Positions 8,568 through 16,298 of a stretch of 24,000 nt of DNA are shown piece after piece. The DNA comes from Massilia psychrophila. GTDB lineage: Bacteria; Pseudomonadota; Gammaproteobacteria; Burkholderiales; Burkholderiaceae_D. How positions within the stretch are numbered: position 1 is the first letter of the stretch; each line of letters begins with the position of its first letter. A model generated the notes under the pieces. It was given only the letters and a program-made list of their open reading frames with translations, did no database searches and was not told the DNA's origin. The DNA is taken from contig NZ_PDOB01000003.1 of the NCBI RefSeq assembly GCF_002760665.1, forward strand, positions 43,434-67,433, written 5' to 3'. A program made the translations under genes and the position numbers.

Positions 8568-9959
8568 TCAAGCTGCCAGCACGCGCCGATTGGCCAGCTT
8601 CCGCAACGCTATCGTCAGCAGCAGCGCCGCCACCGTCAGCCCCAGCACCAGTCCGATCCAGAATCCGAACGCAGCCATTGGCGCGCTTGGCGACCATGGA
8701 AACCAGGCCGGCGCCAGGCCCAGCACGTAGCCCAGCGGCAGCGAAAATATCCAGAACGCGACCAGCTGGATGACCATCGGCTGGCGCGTCACCTTGTAGC
8801 CGCGAATGGCGCTCGAAGCGGCCACTTGCGTTGCATCCGACAATTGGAACAGGGCCGCGAACAGCAGCAGCTGCACGCACAATTGCTGCACTTGCGGGTC
8901 GGACGTGTAGGCGCGCGCAATTTCCCAGCGAAACAGCGCGATGAAGCCGGCCGACAGCGCGCCGAACGCGATCGACATCGCCACCCCCACCCACGAGACA
9001 AAGCGCGCCTTGCGCGGATCGCCTCCGCCCAGGGACTGGCCGACCCGGGTGATGAGGGCGATGCCGAAGCTGAGCGGCACCATGAATACCAGCGAGGAAA
9101 AATTGAGGGCGATCTGGTGGGCCGATATCTGCACCACGCCGAAGCGCGCCACCAGCAGGCTGACCGCGCCGAACGCGCTGACCTCGGCAAAATAGGTGAC
9201 GCCGATCGGCAGGCCGAGCCGCAGCATGCTGCCGATCTCGGCCCAGTTCGGCCACTCCCAGTGGGTGAACGGAAACGTCTGCGTGTAGGCCGGCGCAATC
9301 CGGATCCAGGCGACCATCGCCGCCAGCATCAGCCACATGCTGACGGCGGTGGCCACCGCGCAGCCGACCGCGCCCATTTGCGGCATGCCGAGGTTGCCGA
9401 ACACCAGCAGCCAGTTGACGGCCACGTTGAACAGCAAGCCGCCGACGGCAATGATCATCACCGGCTTGGTCTGGTTGATGCTGGTGGTGTAGCCGTACAG
9501 CGCGCGGTAGCAGGCGAACGCCGGCATGCCCAGGCTGATGACGTGGACGAACATCGAGGCCTTGTCGTTGACTGCCTGCTCGAGCCCGATATGGTCGAAC
9601 AGCAAGGTCGACAGGTTCGCCGCGGCGCACGCCAATAAACCCACGCCGACGCCTTTCCACAGCGACTGGCGTACCGAGTGCGCAATCAAATGGTAATTGG
9701 CGGCGCCCATTTCGTGGGCGACGACGGTATTAATCGCCATCATGATGCCCATCACCGTGACCAGCACGATCGACCACACCGAGGCGCCCAGCGAGACGGC
9801 CGCCAGCTCCTCGGCGCTGACGTGGCCGGTCATGGCGACGTCGGCCACGCCCATGCCGACGGTGGCGAGCTGTCCGATCAGCATTGGCCAGGCCAGCTGC
9901 CACATGGCCTTGATTTCGGTAGCGACAGCGGAGGAGGGCGAAGCGATGGCGGTGGACAT
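8568..9959 (-). CDS. MATE family multidrug efflux transporter (NorM-like, 463 aa)
   Basis: About 12 predicted TM helices and the typical MATE N-terminus LAWPMLIGQLATVGMGVADVAMTGHVSAEELAAVSLG. The second half shows an internal repeat (LGLPIGVTYFAEVSAF). Confidence 0.9.
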   Translation of the reverse strand: MSTAIASPSSAVATEIKAMWQLAWPMLIGQLATVGMGVADVAMTGHVSAEELAAVSLGASVWSIVLVTVMGIMMAINTVVAHEMGAANYHLIAHSVRQSLWKGVGVGLLACAAANLSTLLFDHIGLEQAVNDKASMFVHVISLGMPAFACYRALYGYTTSINQTKPVMIIAVGGLLFNVAVNWLLVFGNLGMPQMGAVGCAVATAVSMWLMLAAMVAWIRIAPAYTQTFPFTHWEWPNWAEIGSMLRLGLPIGVTYFAEVSAFGAVSLLVARFGVVQISAHQIALNFSSLVFMVPLSFGIALITRVGQSLGGGDPRKARFVSWVGVAMSIAFGALSAGFIALFRWEIARAYTSDPQVQQLCVQLLLFAALFQLSDATQVAASSAIRGYKVTRQPMVIQLVAFWIFSLPLGYVLGLAPAWFPWSPSAPMAAFGFWIGLVLGLTVAALLLTIALRKLANRRVLAA

Positions 9960-10095
9960 GGAATGCGCGGCGGCGGAAACCGGTGATTTTACTGTCTATC
10001 CGCCAGTGCCGCCAACGATCTCATCGCCACTGACGCTGCCGGTAACGCAGGCAGATCGGCATGGCCGTCTGAACTTCGGCTCAGCGCGCATATCC

Positions 10096-10178
10096 CCGCT
10101 TTTTAAACGGGTCAGACCCCATTAAAAATTGGCTAAGGCAGGCTTGTTCCGCTTTTTAAACGGGTCAGACCCCATTAA
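10096..10178 (+). repeat. Two perfect 30-bp direct repeats (REP-like element), 53-bp period
   Basis: ccgctttttaaacgggtcagaccccattaa occurs at 10096-10125 and again at 10149-10178, separated by 23 bp. It contains the GGGTCTGACCC-type core (reverse strand) typical of REP-like elements. Confidence 0.9.
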
Positions 10179-10375
10179 TGGAGACGACCATCCCGCTGGA
10201 AAACATCCAGGATGTAACGTTTGTGGAGGAACCGATCCTGCGCCACATCCACCTCAGCACGCTGAAGTTCGACACCGCGGGGCATAGCGTCGGCCAGGTC
10301 TCCGACATGCACCTGACCGGCATCATCGAAGCGAGGCTCGAGGAGATCGTCGGCTTGCTGAAGCAAGGGCGCTAG
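10178..10375 (+). pseudogene. 5'-truncated remnant of a bPH_2 (YdbS/YdbT-like bacterial PH domain) membrane protein gene
   Basis: The 65-aa ORF TIPLENIQDVTFVEEPILRHIHLSTLKFDTAGHSVG matches only the C-terminal half of the bPH_2 domain. The N-terminal TM helices and first beta strands are missing. Its ATG overlaps the last base of the second REP copy. Confidence 0.45.
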
Positions 10376-10391
10376 CTGATAGTTGCGCCGC

Positions 10392-11294
10392 TCAGTAGCG
10401 CCCAACCTCAACCGGCGGCAGCGACTTCAGGTAGGTGTACACGGCGAGCAGGTCGGTGTCGGTCATGTGCTTGAACGAATCGACCGGCATTACCGGGCTG
10501 ATCGGCGTGCCGTCCGGCCGGCGGCCGCTGCGCATGGTCGCCATGAAAACGTCGCCCGTCGGGTAGCGGGGCATGACGCTGCCCTTGCCGGGCGTCAGGT
10601 TGGCAGTGGCTGGCCAGGACGGCGGCGCGCCGGGAACGACGCCGCCGCTCAGGCGCGCGCCGTGGCAACCGATGCAGGTGTTGGCCACATAGGCGCCATG
10701 CTCGATCGACACCGCGGGCGCCACCGGCATCGAGGGCGGTAACGCGTGATCGATTTTTTCGGCAGCGTCTTTTACCGCGCCGAACGCATACAGGACTTTG
10801 ACCATGGCCGGCAGCTCGATCACCGGCGCGATGCCGGCCGCCGGCGGCAATTGCCTGACGTAGGCAATCACCGCCGCCATGTCGGCGTCGGTGAGGCGGT
10901 TGTAGTCTTCGCTCGGCATGATCATGATCGGCTTGCCGTTCGGCTTGACGCCGTGGCGCACCGTGCGCACCCAGTCCTCGACCTTGTAGGCGCTCGTTAC
11001 GCTGTTGGCGCCGGCGGTGATGTTGGGCGAAATGACCAGCATCGCACCCTCTTGCATGACGGTCTTGCCGGCGCCGTTGGCGCCATGGCAATCGACGCAG
11101 CCGCGGGTGCTGAACAGGTAGCGGCCCTGTTCGACCTCGGCCGGGTCGCCGCGCACGTCGACCGGCGCCACCTGCAGCGCGATTGTGCGCACCAGCTTGC
11201 GCTCGCCCGCGGCTTTGCCGCCGATCACCGTTGCGACGCCGGCCAGTGCCAGCAGACCCAACCCGATGCTGGTGCGTCTCATCCACTTGTTCAT
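10392..11294 (-). CDS. Diheme c-type cytochrome (300 aa, exported)
   Basis: Two CxxCH haem-binding motifs (CVDCH and CIGCH) and an N-terminal signal/anchor MNKWMRRTSIGLGLLALAGVATVIG. The start is set at ATG 11294, preceded by an AAGGAA RBS. Confidence 0.85.
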   Translation of the reverse strand: MNKWMRRTSIGLGLLALAGVATVIGGKAAGERKLVRTIALQVAPVDVRGDPAEVEQGRYLFSTRGCVDCHGANGAGKTVMQEGAMLVISPNITAGANSVTSAYKVEDWVRTVRHGVKPNGKPIMIMPSEDYNRLTDADMAAVIAYVRQLPPAAGIAPVIELPAMVKVLYAFGAVKDAAEKIDHALPPSMPVAPAVSIEHGAYVANTCIGCHGARLSGGVVPGAPPSWPATANLTPGKGSVMPRYPTGDVFMATMRSGRRPDGTPISPVMPVDSFKHMTDTDLLAVYTYLKSLPPVEVGRY

Positions 11295-11482
11295 GGCATG
11301 TTCCTTTTTTTCAACACTACTCCGTGGTATCAATTTATCATGTTAGCAATAATGAAATAAGTGATAAATCAAACCGCTGTCATGTTTTCCCGGTAAAGTG
11401 CAGTCATCAAAAGCGAGCAGTGCGCCGCCGCGCGCAGCGCTGCAGTACGATCAAAAAAAACCAATGCCGGGAGTGCTGTTTC

Positions 11483-12412
11483 GTGGAATACAAAGATTAT
11501 TACCAAAGTCTGGGCGTCGAGAAAGCCGCCTCGGCCGACGACATCAAGAAGGCTTACCGCAAGCTGGTGCGCAAGTACCATCCCGACGTCAGCAAGCACA
11601 AGGATTCCGATAGCAAGACCAAGGAAATCAACGAAGCCTACGGCGTGCTGGGCGACGCTGAAAAACGTACCGCTTATGACGAGCTCGGCAGCGGCGGGCG
11701 CGCCGGCCAGCGATTCCAGCCGCCGCCCGACTGGGCCTCGTCTTTCGGCGGCGGTGCGAACGGCGCCGACAGCGATTTCTTTTCCGACCTGTTTGCCAAT
11801 GTGGGACAGCGCTCGCGCGGGCGTGGACCGGGCGCCGGCTACCAGGCGCGCGGCGAAGACATTCACGCCGCCATCACCGTCGACCTGGTCGATCTCTACC
11901 ACGGCGCCACCCGCACCGTCACCATGCGCGTGCCGCAGCGCGACGCCAGCGGCCGGGCGGTGACCACCGACAAGTCGATCGAAGTGAAGATTCCCAAAGG
12001 CGTGTTGCCGGGCCAGCAATTGCGCCTGTCCGGCCAGGGTCATCCCGGCATCGGCGGCGGCGGTAGCGGCGACCTGTTTCTCGAAATCGGCCTCAAGAGC
12101 GACCAGCGTTACCGTGTCGATGGCAGCCACGTATACGAAACCGTACCGGTGACGCCGTGGGAAGCGGCGCTCGGCGCCGGCATTGCCGTGCCGACGCCAT
12201 CGGGCGATGTCGAAGTCACGGTACCGGCCGGCTCGCAAACCGGGCGCAAGCTGCGCTTGAAGGGGCGCGGCATTCCAGCCCGGCTGCCGGGCGACCTGTA
12301 CCTCGTCCTTGAAGTGGTATTGCCGCCGGCCGACAATGAAAAGGCCCGCGCCCTGTACGAAACCATGGCGCGCGAGCTTGCCTTCAACCCGCGCGCGCGC
12401 ACCGGAGCTTGA
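11483..12412 (+). CDS. cbpA: Curved DNA-binding protein CbpA (DnaJ-like co-chaperone, 309 aa)
   Basis: J domain KDYYQSLGVEKAASADDIKKAYRKLVRKYHPDVSK with the HPD motif, plus DnaJ C-terminal beta domains. There is no zinc-finger region, which is typical of CbpA. The start is GTG 11483 after GGGAG, and cbpM follows within a few nt. Confidence 0.85.
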   Translation: MEYKDYYQSLGVEKAASADDIKKAYRKLVRKYHPDVSKHKDSDSKTKEINEAYGVLGDAEKRTAYDELGSGGRAGQRFQPPPDWASSFGGGANGADSDFFSDLFANVGQRSRGRGPGAGYQARGEDIHAAITVDLVDLYHGATRTVTMRVPQRDASGRAVTTDKSIEVKIPKGVLPGQQLRLSGQGHPGIGGGGSGDLFLEIGLKSDQRYRVDGSHVYETVPVTPWEAALGAGIAVPTPSGDVEVTVPAGSQTGRKLRLKGRGIPARLPGDLYLVLEVVLPPADNEKARALYETMARELAFNPRARTGA

Positions 12413-12414
12413 CC

Positions 12415-12723
12415 ATGTCACAAGACGATCCCGTGAACGCCGTGCCGCTCGAAGAAGTGGCCCTCAGTGTCGAGGAACTGGCGCGCGCCTGCGCCGTCGA
12501 GCCCGATTGGGTGGTGCGCCACATCCGCGCCGGCGTCCTCGGCGAAGGCGACAGCATCGAAATCACTTCGGTGCGCTTTCGCAGCGGCGACCTGCTGCGC
12601 GCGCGCGGCCTGCTGAGCCTGGAGCAGACCTTCGACGCCAACGAGGAGATCGCCGCCCTGGTGCTCGACCTCGGCGACGAAATCCATCGCCTGCGCGCGC
12701 GCCTGCGGGTGCTCGAAGGCTGA
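12415..12723 (+). CDS. cbpM: Chaperone-modulator CbpM (MerR_2-like, 102 aa)
   Basis: Small ORF starting 3 nt after the cbpA stop, with SVEELARACAVEPDWVVRHIRAGVL and a C-terminal helix, which is the canonical cbpA-cbpM pairing. An in-frame TTG at 12409 is an alternative start. Confidence 0.75.
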   Translation: MSQDDPVNAVPLEEVALSVEELARACAVEPDWVVRHIRAGVLGEGDSIEITSVRFRSGDLLRARGLLSLEQTFDANEEIAALVLDLGDEIHRLRARLRVLEG

Positions 12724-12879
12724 GCGTTCGCGCAGTACCCGCCAAAAACCGGACATCCCCCCTGCGTCGCGCCGGCCGGATTTCCGCTGCCTTAATATTT
12801 GTCCACGACAATTATATCGATACCCGTATAATTTCTTCCTATCCGTCACCGCCGACGCTCACTCTGCTACCCTCCGTAC

Positions 12880-14445
12880 ATGGTAAAGATCAACCCGGTT
12901 CCGTCCACTTCCCCCCGGCGCACCATCTGTTTCGACCGCAATCGCCTTCAACTCGAGGATATCGCCGCCGTGGCCGACGGCAGCGCGCGCGCCGTCTTGT
13001 CGTCCGACCCGGCGTTTCGCGCCGCGATTGCGCGCGGCCCGGCCTTTCTCGACCGCTTGCTGCAAGAGGAGGGCGTCATCTACGGCGTCACGACCGGCTA
13101 CGGCGACTCCTGCACGGTGCCGGTGCCGGCTGAACTGGTGGCCGAATTGCCCCACCAGCTCTACACTTATCACGGCTGCGGCCTGGGGGCGTTCCTGACG
13201 CCGGCGCAAACCCGCGCCGTCATGGCAACGCGCCTGGCGTCGCTGTGCAAAGGTTTTTCAGGGGTCTCGGTTGCGCTCCTCGAACAGATCGTGGGCCTGC
13301 TCGATGCCGGCATACTGCCGCTGATTCCTTCGGAAGGTTCGGTTGGCGCGAGCGGCGACCTGACGCCGTTGTCGTACCTCGCGGCGGTGCTGTGCGGCGA
13401 GCGCGAGGCGTGGTGCAACGGTGAGCACGTGGCGGCGGGCGAAGCGCTGGTTGCCGCCGGCATGGCGCCGCTGCGCCTGCGGCCGAAGGAAGCGCTGGCG
13501 ATCATGAACGGCACTGCCGTGATGACCGGCTTGGCCGTGCTCGCCTATGGCAGCGCCGAGTACCTGGGCCAGCTAACTACGCGCATCACGGCCATGGCGT
13601 CGATCGCGCTCGACGGCAACGCCGATCATTTCGACGAGGTCCTGTTTTCGGTCAAGCCGCATCCCGGCATGCAGCGGATAGCCGCGCGCATCAGGGGCGA
13701 CCTGCCGCGCGCCGAGCGCGCGCGCAACGGCAATCGCGTGCAGGACCGCTATTCGATCCGCTGCGCGCCCCACGTCATCGGGGTGCTCGAAGACAGCCTG
13801 CCATTTTTCCGCCAGCTGATCGACAATGAGCTTAACAGCGCCAACGACAACCCCATCATCGACGCCGACGGCGAGCACGTGCTGCATGGCGGTCACTTTT
13901 ACGGCGGCCATATCGCCCTTGCCATGGATACCTTGAAAAATACCGTGGCAAACCTGGCCGATTTGATGGACCGGCAGATCGCCCTGCTGGTCGATGCGCG
14001 CTACAACAACGGCCTGCCGCCCAACCTGTCCGGTGCGACGGGGCCGCGGATCGCAATCAATCACGGCCTGAAGGCGCTACAGATCAGTTGCTCGGCCTGG
14101 ACCGCCGAAGCGCTGAAGCTGACCATGCCGGCATCGGCCTTTTCGCGCTCCACCGAGTGCCACAACCAGGACAAGGTCAGCATGGGCACCATCGCGGCGC
14201 GCGACTGCCTGCGCGTGATCGAGTTGACCGAGCAAGTTGGCGCAGCCTTGCTGATCGCGGTACAGCAAGCCGTGCGGCTGCGCTGCGAACTCGACCCAAA
14301 GCTGGCGCTGTCGGCCGCGGTCGCCGCGATGATGGCATCGCTCGCCGCCGACGTCGCGCCGGTAGAAGAAGACCGGCGCCTCGACCTTGACCTCCACCTG
14401 TTGTTGACGCGCATTCGCGGCAAGGCATGGCGCCTCTATGTGTAA
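12880..14445 (+). CDS. tal: MIO-dependent aromatic amino acid ammonia-lyase, predicted tyrosine ammonia-lyase (521 aa)
   Basis: HAL/PAL/TAL family motifs: YGVTTGYG, the MIO-forming GASGDL (Ala-Ser-Gly at 13348-13356), QDRYSIRCAPHV and NDNP. The TAL call rests on the position immediately upstream of pyp-pcl and on a length similar to the Rhodobacter TAL. Confidence 0.75.
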   Translation: MVKINPVPSTSPRRTICFDRNRLQLEDIAAVADGSARAVLSSDPAFRAAIARGPAFLDRLLQEEGVIYGVTTGYGDSCTVPVPAELVAELPHQLYTYHGCGLGAFLTPAQTRAVMATRLASLCKGFSGVSVALLEQIVGLLDAGILPLIPSEGSVGASGDLTPLSYLAAVLCGEREAWCNGEHVAAGEALVAAGMAPLRLRPKEALAIMNGTAVMTGLAVLAYGSAEYLGQLTTRITAMASIALDGNADHFDEVLFSVKPHPGMQRIAARIRGDLPRAERARNGNRVQDRYSIRCAPHVIGVLEDSLPFFRQLIDNELNSANDNPIIDADGEHVLHGGHFYGGHIALAMDTLKNTVANLADLMDRQIALLVDARYNNGLPPNLSGATGPRIAINHGLKALQISCSAWTAEALKLTMPASAFSRSTECHNQDKVSMGTIAARDCLRVIELTEQVGAALLIAVQQAVRLRCELDPKLALSAAVAAMMASLAADVAPVEEDRRLDLDLHLLLTRIRGKAWRLYV

Positions 14446-14495
14446 AAGGCAACGTTCAATTTGTTCTGGACAAACGATGGGGCAACAGTAATGTG

Positions 14496-14524
14496 TTGAT
14501 GGCGATTAATCGTTGTAGTATGAC
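14496..14524 (+). promoter_or_regulatory. Candidate sigma-70 promoter for pyp with a palindrome in the spacer
   Basis: TTGATG-17 nt-TATGAC lies about 65 nt upstream of the pyp ATG. The spacer contains the perfect 10-bp palindrome cgattaatcg (14503-14512). This is sequence-only evidence and is weak. Confidence 0.3.
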
Positions 14525-14590
14525 AATATCGTAGGCGCAATTCGGCTGCCATGCGGTCTGCCGCCAACCTCCACTTTTTAGGAAATCACC

Positions 14591-14977
14591 ATGCTAGAAC
14601 TTGAAACCATTGCTTTCGGGAAAACAGGCATCGAAAACGTCCTCGGCAAGCTGGCGGACAAGGACTTCGACAAGCTGGCTTTTGGTGCCATCGAACTGGA
14701 CAAGAATGGCACGGTATTGAAATACAACTCGGCCGAGGGAGCCATCACCGGGCGCGATCCGGCGACCGTCATCGGCAAGAATTTTTTCCGCGATGTTGCT
14801 CCATGCACCGCCAAGCCGGCGTTCAAAGGGGTGTTCGATGCCGGTGTCAAGGCAGGCAACCTGAACACGATGTTTGAGTACGTGTTCGACTATCAGATGC
14901 AAGCGACCAAGGTCAAGGTACACATGAAACGCTCGATCAGCGGCACGTCGTACTGGGTCTTCGTCAAGCGCATCTGA
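14591..14977 (+). CDS. pyp: Photoactive yellow protein (PYP, 128 aa)
   Basis: A gapless by-eye alignment to Halorhodospira halophila PYP (recalled from memory) gives about two-thirds identity. Conserved blocks are [57 protein letters not shown] and SYWVFVKR. The chromophore Cys (Cys72, TGC 14804-14806) and pocket residues Tyr45, Glu49, Thr53 and Arg55 are all present. An AGGA RBS precedes the ATG. Confidence 0.95.
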   Translation: MLELETIAFGKTGIENVLGKLADKDFDKLAFGAIELDKNGTVLKYNSAEGAITGRDPATVIGKNFFRDVAPCTAKPAFKGVFDAGVKAGNLNTMFEYVFDYQMQATKVKVHMKRSISGTSYWVFVKRI

Positions 14978-14992
14978 CCAATCGGCGGCGGC

Positions 14993-16234
14993 GTGGCGAT
15001 CAAACAGCCGGTGGCCCCGGTGTGGTGGGAACATGATGCGCATCTGCTGCGCTTTGTGTGCGACCTGGTGGCCGGCGAGTTGTCGCTGCTGCGCCGCAGC
15101 CGCGTCGAGCCGGGCTTGCCCTGGCCCGGGACGCTGCATATCGGACGCGATCTTGGCGCCGACTCGCTCGAAGTACTCTCTGTCGCCACCGCATTGTCCG
15201 ACATGCTGCATCTGCACCGGTCGGGGATCGAGGATTACCTGTTGGCCCGGTTGGAAATCGAAGAGTGGGCAGCGATTGCCCGCCAGAGCCTGCGCCAGTT
15301 TTCAGCCGAACTGACGTTTCGCACCTCCGGTAGCGCGGGTATTCCGAAACGCTGCACCCACCCCGTGTCGTCGCTTTGGCAAGAGGTAGCCGTCCTGGCG
15401 GCGTTGCTGCCGGGACGGCGGCGCATCCTCAGCGCCGTGCCTAGCCATCACATCTACGGCTTCCTGTTTACGGTGCTGTTACCGCAGGCGCCCGGCATGC
15501 AAGACCTGGATGTGCTCGATGTGCGCGGCAGCTCCGCGGCTCGGCTGGCGCACGAACTGCGTGCTGGCGACCTGGTCGTGGCGCATCCCGAATTTTGGCG
15601 CGCCGCGCTGCAGTCGCAACCGTTATTCGCGCCCGGCGTAATCGGGGTGACGTCGAGCGCCCCATGTCCGGATGAACTGGCCGAGGCATTGCTGGCGGCA
15701 GGCCTGGACAAACTGATCCAGGTATATGGCAGTTCCGAAACCGGCGGCGTAGGGTGGCGCGAGTCTGCCGCTGCGCCTTTTCAAGCCTTCCCGTACTGGC
15801 GGCGCGTGGCTGAGGACGATGCGGTGCTCGAGCGTACGCTGCTTGACGGCGCATGCGCGCGTTGCGCCATCCAGGATACGCTGGAATGGGTCGGCACCGA
15901 CACCTTTCGACCCGCGGGCCGGATCGACCAGGCGGTGCAGGTCGCCGGCATCAATGTGTTTCCGGCCCAGGTGGCTGCCGCATTGCGCGAACACCCGGCG
16001 GTGCTTGACGCCTCCGTGCGGCTGATGCGCGCCGACGAGGGCAACCGGCTCAAGGCATTTATCGTGCCCCGCGCGGCGCACGCCGATCGCGTCATGCTGC
16101 AGGCGCAACTGGCGGCATGGTCGCGCGAGCGCTTCGACAGCTCCCAGCGGCCGATGGCGTTTTCATTCGGCAGTCAGTTGCCAAGGCAGGCCAACGAAAA
16201 GCTGGCGGACTGGATCATCGACGCTACCGGTTAA
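14993..16234 (+). CDS. pcl: 4-coumarate-CoA ligase of the PYP-activation family (pCL, 413 aa)
   Basis: Short adenylate-forming enzyme with TSGSAGIPKR (P-loop/A3) and YGSSETGG (A5), plus a C-terminal KAF and PRQANEKL-type region. It starts at GTG 14993, 15 nt after the pyp stop. The N-terminal 95 aa or so carry a carrier-protein-like LGADSLEVL motif. Confidence 0.8.
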   Translation: MAIKQPVAPVWWEHDAHLLRFVCDLVAGELSLLRRSRVEPGLPWPGTLHIGRDLGADSLEVLSVATALSDMLHLHRSGIEDYLLARLEIEEWAAIARQSLRQFSAELTFRTSGSAGIPKRCTHPVSSLWQEVAVLAALLPGRRRILSAVPSHHIYGFLFTVLLPQAPGMQDLDVLDVRGSSAARLAHELRAGDLVVAHPEFWRAALQSQPLFAPGVIGVTSSAPCPDELAEALLAAGLDKLIQVYGSSETGGVGWRESAAAPFQAFPYWRRVAEDDAVLERTLLDGACARCAIQDTLEWVGTDTFRPAGRIDQAVQVAGINVFPAQVAAALREHPAVLDASVRLMRADEGNRLKAFIVPRAAHADRVMLQAQLAAWSRERFDSSQRPMAFSFGSQLPRQANEKLADWIIDATG

Positions 16235-16298
16235 GGCAGCGCAGTTGCCCGCCCTACTGGCAAGGTTGCACGCCAGCCGCGGCCGAAACGCTGGCAGC

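Noticed and set aside
8403-9660. Very long ORFs overlapping the MATE gene in other frames and on the other strand (411 aa on +, 401 aa on -).
   Set aside because: These are typical high-GC shadow ORFs. The translations are Arg/Ala/Pro/Gly-rich low-complexity sequence without motifs, whereas the 8568-9959 minus frame gives a clean 12-TM MATE protein. The same reasoning applies to 2194-3243(-), 3557-4492(-), 14594-15217(-), 16245-17036(+), 18217-19095(-), 19715-20485(-), 23042-23815(+) and similar ORFs.
12799-12832. A sigma-70 promoter upstream of tal, based on a perfect TATAAT (12827-12832).
   Set aside because: The only TTG-type -35 (TTGTCC, 12799-12804) is 22 nt away, and there is no extended -10. 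It could be an activator-dependent promoter, but I cannot support a call.
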